DNA from: Leucoraja erinacea
Lineage: Eukaryota
Length of the DNA: 64,000 nucleotides
Assembly (NCBI RefSeq): GCF_028641065.1
Contig: NC_073383.1
Location: 46,190,001 to 46,254,000 of the forward strand
Direction of reading: 5' to 3'
Shown piece by piece: positions 53,626-64,000 of this stretch (position 1 is the stretch's first letter; the number at the start of each line of letters is the position of its first letter). Position numbers and translations under genes: made by a program. The notes beneath the pieces are model-generated. The model did not search any database. It was given only the letters and a program-made list of their open reading frames with translations, and was not told where the DNA came from.

Positions 53626-54619
53626 TGTATTTTTTTGTTAAATCAGGCTTTTTGCCTCTTTGGAATAATTCATCAATATTGAGATGGGTGTAGGTGGCAG
53701 CTTTTGTACATTCAGTTATTTGAAAGCCACCTGTGATCCATGTGCCACTCTCCAGTCCTACAGTTTTCTTGGTTCAGCAGGGAGATAGAGTTATGGATTG
53801 CTTGACCAAGTTCCAATGTGTGTGGAATACATCTGCGTGCATGCAAAATGTGGCACAAGTGGCAGGAATGTCGGCTGTGTGTGTGGATGCTGGAACTTGC
53901 AGAGTACTTTAGTGAAAGAACATTCCCTGAGCCTTGGCCCACTAGGACTAATAACAAGGTTGGGCATTAGCTGCTTGGTGCTGCCGGACTGATGTGTTTC
54001 CAGCTGAATCTGTTCTTTGCAACTACTCAGTGTAGCCTCGTACCTACCCACCTAATGTTTTGCCAGGAGCTGAAATGTGACAGATGATGAAAACTTCAGC
54101 TTTTCTATTGATCCTCCTATGAGGGGTGTTGGTGCCTCTTGCTGACCTATGCTGCCTCGCCCACAGCAGTGTGCTAGAATGCTGCAGGGTGAAGATGAAA
54201 TATATTGTGGCGATGTTCCATGCAAAATTAATCAAAAAGCAGAGTTATGATTTATCTTGTTGCATAAGTCGGGCTGCATGAGGCCCAAAGCAGTATGTGG
54301 CACAGCTGAAAGTGATGGATGATTAATGTGACATCAAATGGAAGGAAATAACGTTATGAAATGCAGATTGTCACACTCGAGAATCAGGCATGAGATTTCT
54401 CTGCAGATTTCCAAATTCAGTAAAAAAAATAAAATAGTCTAAATCTCCACGAGACAGCCGCTGCACCAATGGTTGAGTGCGTGGAAATCCGCTGAGTCAA
54501 TTTTAGCGGAAAGCGTGTACGTGGGTGCGGGCCGACCGTCTTTGCATGCGCATCTCTACGACTAGCGCTCAGCTCCGCACATGTGTAGCAGTTTTCCTTT
54601 GTCCCCGATGCCTACCGTA

Positions 54620-55095
54620 CCATGGTTGGGTAATTCAAGGTATAATTATCAAAAAATTATCAAACATTTCCTGTGTAAAGGATACTTCTCTCTAATTAGA
54701 GTAAACAAGCAAGGAACAGGTATGTTACAAGTAGATGTAGGTGTAATATAAAATATTTTCAATATGACAAGTGTAAACAAGCAAGGAATTGGTGTTATTT
54801 TAAGGTATGATTATCACAAATTTTCTGTGTAAATTAAGAAGTGACAAGCAAGTAAAATGTTTAAGAAGGTACTGCAGATGCTAGAAAATCAAAGGTAGAC
54901 AAATGCTGGAGAAACTCAGCGGGTGAGGCAGCATCTATGGAGCGAAGGAAATAGGTGATGTTTCGGATCGAGACCCTTCTTCAGACAAGTAAAATGTTAT
55001 TTTAAGGTGCAATTAAAAAAATTACAGTATAAATTAAGGGTAAACGGGCAAGTAAACTTATTTCAAGGTGTAATTATCAAAAAATGTCTGCATAA
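54620..55095. repeat. Degenerate ~60-bp tandem repeat
   Basis: Recurrent tt(c/t)aaggt..aattatca..tgtaaa..aaacaagcaag units. Confidence 0.55.
54862..54985 (-). mobile_element. Short Penelope tail insertion with hammerhead motif and 13-bp TSD
   Basis: caagtaaaatgtt at 54849-54861 and 54986-54998; minus strand reads gtCTGAAGAAGGGTCTCGATCCGAAACATC. Confidence 0.8.
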
Positions 55096-55284
55096 AGTAG
55101 CAATGTTACAAAATTTTGAGATTTTAAAAAATCAAGTCTTTAATTTATCCCATCAGATAAAGCATAAAAAGTAGTTTAATTTGACACCTAATTCACTTTC
55201 ATATCTTCAGTATTAAAAAGGTTATGGCCATTTTCATACTCGGAAATTAGCATCTTGTTCCCTATTGCTTTTTCATTGACTTAA

Positions 55285-58200
55285 CTGCTGGACACCTCTC
55301 TGCACCCTCACTGCTGGACACCCCTCTTCACCTTCTCTGCTGGACACCTCTGCACCCTCGCCCTCAGAGACAACCTCTCTGCTGCTTCCTGCAGCTGCTC
55401 GGGCTCCTCATCATGCTCAAATACTCAACTCTGCAACTGATTGGTCTCTTCAACAACTACATCCCATCCTGCATCCAAGTCATTAAAGAGCTTAGACTTC
55501 TACGTCGACCCCGTTTGGTCCACAGAGGCTCTCGATGCAAGCTTGTTTACTTCAACCACGGACTTTCCATTCCATCCATCTGCTCACTACCACGCTATGC
55601 ACCCCCCCCCCCCCCCCCCCCCCCCCCCACCCCCCCCCGCGTCACCCCCCCCATCCCAGCTGACCGCACGCACTGTCAACTGGGACAACTTCAGATCTCT
55701 CCAGCCTGCCCCCATCCCTCCACCCTCTCACAATGCCAACTTTGCCCTCCTCAACACCAGGTCGCTCAACAAAAAAGCCCTTGTCCTCCATGAACTAATC
55801 CGTGACAACACTCTGGACTTCCTTCTGCTCACTGAAACCTGGCAACAACCCAATGTCTTCTTCTCCCTCAATCAAGCATCCCCACCTGGATTTAATGACA
55901 TTTCCAAACCCCGCCCCTCCAGCCATGGAGGTGGCCTCGCTGTTATTTTCAACCAGAACTTTCGGATCACTGAACTCACCCTCCCCCCAGTAGCATCATT
56001 TGAATTCCTCGCCTTCAAAGCCCTTTCCTCCATGACAAGTCATCCTCATTTACCGGCCACCTAAACCAAACCCCTCCTTCCTATCTGACTTCACTGAACT
56101 CCTCACACTTGCCTCATCCCTCTCCCCCACGTCTGCTGCTACTTGGTGACTTAAATATTCACATGGACTCCCCCACCTGCAAGCTCGCATCTGAATTCGC
56201 CTTTTTACTTGACAACTTCTCTCTCACTCAGCACGTCACCTTTCCCACCCATGACAAAGGTCACATCCTTGACCTGGTCTGCTCCATAAATCAACCTGTA
56301 CTCGACCTCCATCCATGCCTCTTCCCCCTCTCTGATCATAAGCTTATACGGTTTACCATCGCTTCTCCGACACCTCGCCCCCGCTTCCACCCGTAATCTA
56401 AAATCCATTGATCCCCACCATCTCTCTGACCTGCTCTCCACCACTCTCCCCCTGGACGCAACCCATATCTCACCTGATGATCTCACCAACCATCTCAACT
56501 CCACCTTGTCTACCTCCCTTAACATTCTGGCCCCCCTCAAAACAAGAACCGTAACTTTTAACACATCTTCACCCTGGTACACACCTGCACTTCGTAAGCT
56601 CGAAACCCTGGTCACTTCCACCCAAATAATCTCACCAGATGATCTTACCCCACCCATCTCCTACAAAGATGCCCTGCTGCTGCAAATCTGCCTACCTCTC
56701 TCCCCCAACCCATGCCTCTTCCCCCTCTTCTCCACAGTGGGCAACCTGGGTCTTGACTCGAACACATCTCCCCCCTACCATCCGGATCTCGTGCATCTAT
56801 CTCCTCCACCTGATGATCATAAATCCAGCACATCTCAACTCCCTGTACCCGACTCCCCTGCTCTTCCACCACTCTTCTGGCCCCCCTCAAATCACATCTC
56901 CACACTGAATCCTCTCCCACTTGGACCTGCACTTCGTAAGCCAACAGACTGGTCAAACCAACTCACTGAACGCCTCCGCCCAAATTCTGGCCCCCTCAAA
57001 ACAAGAACCGTAACTTTTAACACATCTTCACCCTGGTACACACCTGCACTTCGTAAGCTGAAACAGACTGGTCACCAACTTGAACGACTCACAAATAAAT
57101 CATCTCTCACAGTCCACCATGAAGCTTACAAACTCCACCTCACTGCCTACAAAGATGCCCTCATTGCTGCAAAATCTGCCTACCTCTCCTCCATATTCAC
57201 CAACCCCTGCCTAAACCACAGAACCCTCTTCTCCACAGTGGGCAACCTCCTCAAGCCTCGAGCCAACACTCTCCCTACCTCTACTCCGGATCTCTGCAAC
57301 TCACTCCTCCACTTTTTTGCTGATAAAATCAGCACCATCTATCAATCTTTATCCCCTGTACCCGACTCCCCAGTATCTACTCCACCACCTACCAAGGCCC
57401 CTCCTTTCAACATCTCCACTGACCTCCTTACCCCTCCTCCACACTGCTTCCTCTCCCAGTTTGACCTGGTCACCCCTACTGAAATCGCCAAACTCATCAG
57501 CTCTTCCAAACCCACTACCTGCTCCCTCGACCCTCTCCCCATTCCCCTGCTGAAGTCCTGCCTCCCCGTTCTCTGCCCATACCTCACTAATCTCTTCAAC
57601 TCCTCATTGTCCCAAGGAATTGCTTTCAAAACTGCTGCTGTCACACCAATCTTAAAGAAATCTGGTCTTGATCCCTCCTCTCTCATTAACTACCGCCCAA
57701 TCTCAAACCTCCCCTTTCCTTCAAAAACCCTGGAGCGTATCGTTGCGTCACAGCTTAATTCCCACCTCCTTGCGTATAACCTATTTGAACCCCTCCAATC
57801 TGGCTTTCGCCCCCTCCATAGCACAGAAACTGCTCTCCTCAAAGTACTTAACGACCTCCTCACCTCTGCTGACACTGGTTCCCTCAACATCCTCATCCTC
57901 CTCGACCTGAGTGCAGCCTTCGATACAGTGAACCATAACATCCTGCTTACCAGACTTAGGGACCTTGGCATTGAAGGTTCTGCACTCAGCTGGCTCTGTT
58001 CCTACCTTTCCAACAGATCCCACTTCATCTCTCTGCATAACCACACCTCTGCTACAGCCACAGTCACTCAAGGCGTTCCCCAAGGCTCCGTACTCGGCTC
58101 CCTCCTCTTCATCATCTACATCCTCCCATTTGGTCAGATACTCCACCACTTCAACCTGGACTTCCACTGTTACGCCAATGACACCCAGATCTACCTCGGC

Positions 58201-58846
58201 ACCAAATCCCCCCACAACCCCCCCCCTCCCATATCAACTCCTGTTTGTCAGCTATAAAAACCTTGATGCAACATAACTTCCTCAAACTCAACAGCAATAA
58301 AACAGAATTCCTCCTCATAGGCTCCAAATCCACACTCAGCAAAATCAATAACCCCACTCTCACCATCGACGGCACCACTGTCTCCCCATCTCCCCAGGCC
58401 CGCAACCTTGGCGTGATCTTTAATTCCGCCCTCTCCCTTGAGCCTCACATCCGCCATGTCATTAAAACCTCCTTCTTTCATCTCTGCAACATCGCCAAAA
58501 TCAGACTCTCTCTCACACCTCCCGCTGCTGAAAGACTCATCCATGCCTTCATCTCCTCCCGACTGGACTACTGCAACTCACTTCTCCTTGGCATCAGCTC
58601 CACCTACATCAACCGACTCCAACTGGTCCAGAACCCAGCCGCCCGACTCATCACCCACACCAAATCCTGGCATCACATCACTCCAGTCCTCAAACAACTT
58701 CACTGGCTTCCCATCTCCCACCGGATCACTTACAAAATCCTGGTCCTCACCTACAAAGCCCTCCACTATCTGCCCCCCCCCCCCATATCTCACCCCCCCT
58801 CCTCTCCCCCTACCAACCCTCACGGTCCCTCAGATCCACATCAGCT
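55285..58846 (+). mobile_element. Near full-length L2-clade LINE (APE endonuclease plus RT), frameshifted
   Basis: LLNTRSL..LTETW, GGGLAVI, LGDLNIH, SDHKLI (EN); [35 protein letters not shown] (RT, YADD mutated); SRLDYCNSLL and HITPVLKQLHWLP are the L2-type C-terminus. Confidence 0.92.
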
Positions 58847-58849
58847 GAG

Positions 58850-59795
58850 CTGGCCTCACTTTTCTGCATTTGGCCCATATCGCTCAATGTTTTGCTATCA
58901 TGTACCTGTCCAAAACGTCTCTTGGTGTCTTAATTGTACTTGCCTCGACCACTTTCTCTGGCAGCTTATCCCAAACAACTAGCTCAAGGTGCTAATCTCG
59001 CCAACCTCTCCTTATAACTCAAACCCTCCAGACCCAATAACATTCTCGTACATCTATTTTGCACTCTTTCCAGTTTAATGACATCTTTCCTACACCAGGG
59101 GAACCGGAATTGTGCACTGTATACCAAATATGGCCTTAGCAACACCTTGATCAACATGATACATGATGTCCCAACTCTAATACTGAATGACTGATGAAAG
59201 CTATTGTGCCAAATGCCGCTTTCTCCACCCTGTCTACTTATATTGCCATTTTAATAGAACTATATGTGTAGGAAGGAACTGAAGATGCTGGTTTCTACCG
59301 TAGCCACAAAATGCTGGTTAACTCCGCAGGACAGGCACCATCCTTGGAGTGAAGGAATCTGTGACGCTTTGGGTCAAGACCCGAAACATCATCCATTCCT
59401 TCTCTTCATAGAATTATATACTTGTACCACAACGTGTCTGTTCTACTACACTATAATTTAGAACATAGAAAGGTACAGCACAAGAACAGGCCCTTTGGTC
59501 CACAATATCTTTTCAGAACATGATGCCAAGTTATGCTAATCTCCTCTGCCTGCATGTGTTTATTTAAAAAATACTATTGTAGCTGCCCTTACCATCACCA
59601 TTGGTAGTATAACCCAAGCACCCATCATCCTTTACAAATCTCCTTTAAACATTTCCCCTCTCACCATAAAATGATGCTCCCTGTTTGGTAACATTTACAC
59701 CCTGGGTTCTGACTGTCTACCCTATCTATACCTCTCATAATTTTATATACTTCTATCCGGTCTCTTCTCAACTTCCGTTGTTACAGAGAGAACAG
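58850..59795 (-). mobile_element. Old CR1 fragments with an embedded Penelope tail (59265-59405)
   Basis: Reverse CR1 3' ends (tagaacatagaaaggtacagcacaagaacaggccc) and RT remnants. Confidence 0.6.
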
Positions 59796-59845
59796 GAGAT
59801 AGGTGGTGGCAGCAAAGGGCTTCTTGCACCCCCCCCCCCCCCCCC

Positions 59846-60259
59846 CTCAAGTCATGGCTGACCATGGGTGGCTGCAGGGTGTTAATCCTTATATGGAGGA
59901 TGTCTGTGCGTGACTTTGTTTAACGTGGGGAGACTGATGCACAGACAGCCACCCCACGGTCCTTGACAGATCTGGGTCACGATCCAGTGACATGGAGTCC
60001 AAGATGACCGGAGACTCTTTTCTGCTGCAGCCTTCATCTGCCTTCCCAGTTGTTGTGATGCTCCGCTAAAGTCAGCCATCATCCTCTGCCTGTTCCACCG
60101 TTGAGGTCTTGGTTGGATACCTCTTTGTTGGAGACCTCTCCCTCGACCTTACCACCATGGGTGGCCCTACCAGGAGCATAGCTCCAGACGTCATCGTTCA
60201 CAGGATCTCAGGTCCACACAAGCTTCTCCACCATAACAAGGTGACAATCCACGGAGAAG
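59846..60259 (-). mobile_element. RTE-derived non-autonomous element (RTE 5' UTR joined to a 3' tail)
   Basis: Minus strand starts ..caccttgttatggtggagaagcttg..agggccaccca.., resembling the conserved RTE/Bov-B 5' motif, and ends in gacttgag. Confidence 0.6.
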
Positions 60260-60414
60260 TAAAATGATGTAATATAGGGAGGTTGCACAGCAGTCGGGTC
60301 ACGACCCGTGACCCGTACTGTTGCTATGCTACGCCAACTGGATTGCATGCGATGAACTGCAGGTATGCACTGACCATTGTTTCCAGCGTAGCGTGCCCAT
60401 TAAAACCCACCAAA

Positions 60415-60634
60415 ATGGTCAATTTTTGCACTGTAAATAATTATGGAAATCGGGATAAGCGTGAGAGACATTTATCCTACTTCAGAATTCCAAAAGTGAG
60501 GAGAAATGACGGTAGATAGAAGCGAGAGCTGAAGGGACAACAACAGCCAAAGAGCTTAGTGAACATTGGCCGTGCAGATATCGAGATTGAAAATATTGGG
60601 AATTATCGCGTTTGCTCACTGCATTTCATCAACA
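60415..60634 (+). pseudogene. THAP zinc-finger exon remnant, left arm
   Basis: MVNFCTVNNYGNRDKRERHLSYFRIPKVRRNDGR*KRELKGQQQPKSLVNIGRADIEIENIGNYRVCSLHFIN|gtaagg; one in-frame stop. Confidence 0.75.
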
Positions 60635-61095
60635 GTAAGGCATTATTTGTGTTTTTTTCTTGATTCCCTTTGCATCTAAACAGTTTCAGAAGTGATAAAT
60701 CTGGCTGTAAAATTTTAAAATCACCCATGGTTCTCAAGTGTGTTTTTACATACAAAAAAAACGCCTCTGAAGCAAAATTTATCATTAAAAAAAAATCGTA
60801 AACCATACGTGGGTTTTGAATTACATTGTACTCAGATACAAGCCAAGGAATGGCATAATTGTTAGCTGTTAATTGGACATAATCAACCTCAGCAAATTGA
60901 CAATATCCTATTGAAAGGGAGTGGGTGTTTAAGCTGTCAGGACATTTTATTATTTCCCAAAATATACCTCAATAGCATAATGATAGAAAACCTACTTTTC
61001 CACACACCACTCGTAAGTCTGGAGATTTTTTTAATGATAAATGTAGCTTCAGAAGAGTTTTCTTTTTGCATGTAAAAACACAAATAATGCCTTAC

Positions 61096-61309
61096 TGTTG
61101 ATGAAATGCAGTGAGCAAACACGATAATTCCCAATATTTTCAATCTCGATATCTGCACGGCCAATGTTCGCCAAGCACTTTAGCTGTTGTTGTCCCTCAT
61201 CTCTCGCTTCTCTTTACCTTCATTTCTCTTTTGGAATTCTGAAGTGGGATAGATGTCTCTCACGGTTACCCAGACTTCCACAATTATTTACAGCGCAAAA
61301 ATTCACCAT
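61096..61309 (-). pseudogene. THAP zinc-finger exon remnant, right arm
   Basis: MVNFCAVNNCGSLGNRERHLSHFRIPK..(small deletions)..CLANIGRADIEIENIGNYRVCSLHFIN|gtaagg. Confidence 0.75.
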
Positions 61310-61654
61310 TTTGGCAGGTTTTAACAGGTAGGAAAGTACGCGTTTCGTGTATTAACAACATATACCGGAAGCTGCGATGTCCTCCAGATGGATTGAGCGG
61401 CTCCATACGGTAAGCCCTTTGACCCAGTGACCTTACGTGCAACCCCTCTATTACGGCTGGGGGTCAGCCTTTCCTTGCGTCAAATTTCCTATCAGACTCC
61501 ATCATTTACAGCCGTCTCCACCTATCACCACCCAGTCTTTGCCAGTGTCACCATCTCCAACTTTCATTCCCTCATCTGACACCATCTGCCAAACTACTCC
61601 ACCTACACTGCATCCACATATCGTGTATCTCCATCTCTCTGCCCGTGCTCCTTC

Positions 61655-62140
61655 CCCGTATCTCCACCCCCCGTATCTCCACCCCTCCGGCCCCCCCGTA
61701 TCTCCACCCCTCCGGCCCCCGTATCCCCACCCCTCCCCACCCCTCCGGCCCCCGTATCTCCACCCCTCCGGCCCCCGTATCTCCACCCCTCCGCCCCCGT
61801 ATCCCCACCCCTCCGTATCCCGTATCCCCACCCCCCCGTATCCCCCCCCCTCCGGCCCCCGTATCCCCACCCCTCCGGCCCCCGTATCCCCCACCCCTCC
61901 GGCCCCCGTATCCCCACCCCCCGGCCCCCCGTATCCCCACCCCTCCGGCCCCCGTATCCCCACCCCTCCGGCCCCCCGTATCCCCACCCCTCCGGCCCCC
62001 GTATCCCCACCCCCTCCGGCCCCCGTATCCCCACCCCTCCGGCCCCCGTATCCCCACCCCTCCGGCCCCCGTATCCCCACCCCTCCGGCCCCCGTATCCC
62101 CACCCCTCCGGCCCCCGTATCCCCACCCCTCCGGCCCCCG
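61655..62140. repeat. 23-bp C-rich minisatellite (ggcccccgtatccccacccctcc)n, about 20 copies
   Basis: Directly visible tandem array; the minus strand is G-run rich. Confidence 0.95.
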
Positions 62141-62179
62141 GATCTCCAGCTCCCTCGGTCTCTCGCCTTCTTGGCTGTG

Positions 62180-62235
62180 ATTGGCTGCGCCTGCCGTTCC
62201 CCTGATTGGCTAAGAGGCTGAGCGCCGGTGATTGG
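62180..62235 (+). promoter_or_regulatory. Three inverted CCAAT (NF-Y) boxes of the ORC2 promoter
   Basis: ATTGG at 62180, 62205 and 62231, evenly spaced in CpG-rich DNA just 5' of the ATG. Confidence 0.7.
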
Positions 62236-62258
62236 TCGCCGCTGCCCTTTGCCCCGCG

Positions 62259-62343
62259 ATGGCGGCGCGGAGTTTGCGGTCCCGCGAGCTGCGGTTCGTC
62301 AGCGACGACGACGTGTTGGGGCACATCTCGGAGAGAGCGCCGG
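62259..62343 (+). CDS. ORC2: ORC2 first coding exon; gene continues beyond the right edge
   Basis: MAARSLRSRELRFVSDDDVLGHISERAP(G)|gtgagg matches the recalled ORC2 motif EVHFVGDDDVLNHI; ORC2 also follows FAM126B in tandem in human. Confidence 0.85.
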
Positions 62344-62640
62344 GTGAGGCGGGGAGGGGGAGAGGGAAGAGAGAGCTCCGGGTGAGGAGGGAGGGAGAGG
62401 GGGTGGGAAGAGAGAGCTCTGGGAGAGAGAGGGAGAGAGGGAGAGGTGGGGAGAGGGAGAGGGAGAGAGAGAGAGAGAGAGCGGAGAGCTCCGGTGAGCT
62501 CCGGGTGAGGGGGAGGAAGAGAGAGAGCTCTGGGTGAGAGGGGGAGCTCCGGGTGAGGTGCGGAGAGGGAGAGAGCGAGGGAGAGCTCCGGGTGAGAGGG
62601 AGCTCTGGGTGAGGTGGGGAGAGGGAGAACAGAGGTGAGA
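62344..62640 (+). repeat. G/A-rich degenerate tandem repeat (gagagctc(c/t)gggtgag) at the start of ORC2 intron 1
   Basis: About 8 copies of a unit matching the exon 1/intron 1 junction. Confidence 0.8.
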
Positions 62641-62819
62641 GCGCCGCGTGAGGGGCCAGATCTGGGGACGGCGGCGTGGTGTGGAGCTGGTGTGAAGCTG
62701 GTTTGAGGCACATCTCCAAGTCTAGGGGTTGATGCCAGAGGCTGGGCAACACCTGTGAGAGACCGGAAGGTCAGGCAGGGCCAGGGCATGTCACTATCCG
62801 CTGACATGACACTAGCAGC

Positions 62820-64000
62820 ACATAGTCATACAACATAACAATAAGCCATTCTGCCCAACTTGCCCATGCCGCCCATGATGCCCCCATCTACACTAGTCCT
62901 ACCTACCTGCTTTTGGTCCATATTCCTCTAACCTTTCCAAAGCATGTACCTGTCTAAATGTTGTTCAAGTGTTATTATAGTACCTGCTCAAATGCCTCCT
63001 CAGCACCCTCTGTGTGGAAAAAGTTGCATGTCAGGTTCCTATTACATTTTTGCCTCTTACCTTCAGCTATGTCCTTGGTTCTTGATTTCCCCTACTCTGG
63101 ATTAAAAAAACTGTGCATCTACTCTATCCCCCTCATGACCGCTTTAAGATCACCGTCATCCTTCTGCGCTCCAAGGAATATAGTTCTAAACTATCCAACC
63201 TCTCCCAATAGTTCAGTCCCTCAGGTCCTGACAGCATCCTTGTAAATCTTCTCTGCACTCTTTCCAGCTCATCAACATCCTTCCTATAGTAGGTGACCAT
63301 AACTGAACACAATACTTTGCCAACGTTTTGTGCTACTGTAACATAACATCCCAACGTATACTCAATATAGTCACAAAATGCTGGAGTAACTCAGCAGGAC
63401 AGGCAGTATCTCTGGAGTGAAGGAATGGATGACATTTTGAGTCGAGACCCTTCAGATTGATGTTGGGAGTGGGAGATACATAAATAAGGAAATGTAAGAT
63501 GTGAAAACAAGACACACAGATAAAATGTAATCGGAGACAGTAAGACTGGTCGGAGAACTGGGAAGGACGAGGGATGGAGCGAGAGGGAAAGCAAGGGTTA
63601 CTTGAAATTAGAGAAGTCAATGTTCATACCGCTGGGGTGTAAGTTGCCCAAGCGATATATACTCAACAGCTTGACTGAAGAAAGCCAATGTACTGAAAGC
63701 CTTCTTGATCACTCTATATACCTGTGATGCCACTTTCTAGTAACTACGTATCTGCACAACTAGATCCCTCTGCTCTACAACACTCCCCAGAACCTTGCCA
63801 TCCACTGTGCAGGCCCTGTCCTGATTTGACTTCCCAAAATGCAACACTCGCACTTATCAGCATTAAACTGCATTAACCATTCTTCAGCCCACTTGCCCAA
63901 CTGACTAAGATCCTGCTCTAATTTTTGATAATCATCTTCACTCTCTATGATACCAATCACTTCATTGTCATCTGAAAACTAGATAATCGTGCTTTCTAGA
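62820..64000 (-). mobile_element. CR1 LINE fragment with a nested Penelope 3' end (63366-63657)
   Basis: YRKDVDELERVQRRFTRM and LGKWAEEWLMQFNADKCE motifs; the insert is flanked by a tatactcaa duplication (63357-63365 and 63658-63666). Confidence 0.8.

Larger units (their letters stand above)
60276..61449. mobile_element. Non-autonomous DNA transposon, ISL2EU (PIF/Harbinger)-like, with two inverted THAP exons
   Basis: 13-bp imperfect TIRs AGGGAGGTTGCAC / AGAGGGGTTGCAC, AT on both flanks, long subterminal inverted arms encoding MVNFC..C..FRIP..RVCSLHF. Confidence 0.75.

Noticed and set aside
61655-62140. Possible CRISPR-like array
   Set aside because: Head-to-tail repeats with no unique spacers, in a vertebrate context
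61437-62807. Long Pro-rich and Gly/Arg-rich ORFs (247, 192, 411 and 186 aa)
   Set aside because: Translations of the 23-bp minisatellite and the GA-rich repeat, open in several frames on both strands

Overview
Repeat-rich vertebrate genomic DNA. The repeat repertoire (HE1-like V-SINE, DeuSINE, CR1, Rex1, Penelope) suggests a cartilaginous fish, probably a skate or ray (inference). Three spliced genes were read directly from the sequence: (1) the 5' part of CDK15 (PFTAIRE kinase) on the minus strand, six coding exons from 14332 down to 757 including a 32-bp microexon, continuing off the left edge; (2) a complete HYCC2/FAM126B on the plus strand (CpG-island promoter near 19 kb, 10 constitutive coding exons from 26763 to 50546 giving 501 aa, a 159-bp cassette exon, and a ~3 kb 3' UTR); (3) the promoter and first coding exon of ORC2 (62259-62343). 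Introns and intergenic DNA hold CR1, L2, Rex1, RTE-derived, V-SINE, DeuSINE and Penelope-derived elements. Most ORFs in the supplied track are transposon fragments or noise. The most notable signals are about 20 short Penelope-derived repeats, many carrying minimal hammerhead ribozyme motifs and several arranged as fold-back palindromes; a 1.17 kb AT-TSD DNA transposon with a THAP exon in each inverted arm; an ORC2 intron repeat built from copies of the gene's own splice donor; and a HYCC2 exon that may act as either a cassette or a terminal exon. Gene and repeat family names come from recalled homology, not from a database search. Repeat boundaries are approximate unless TSDs are given.
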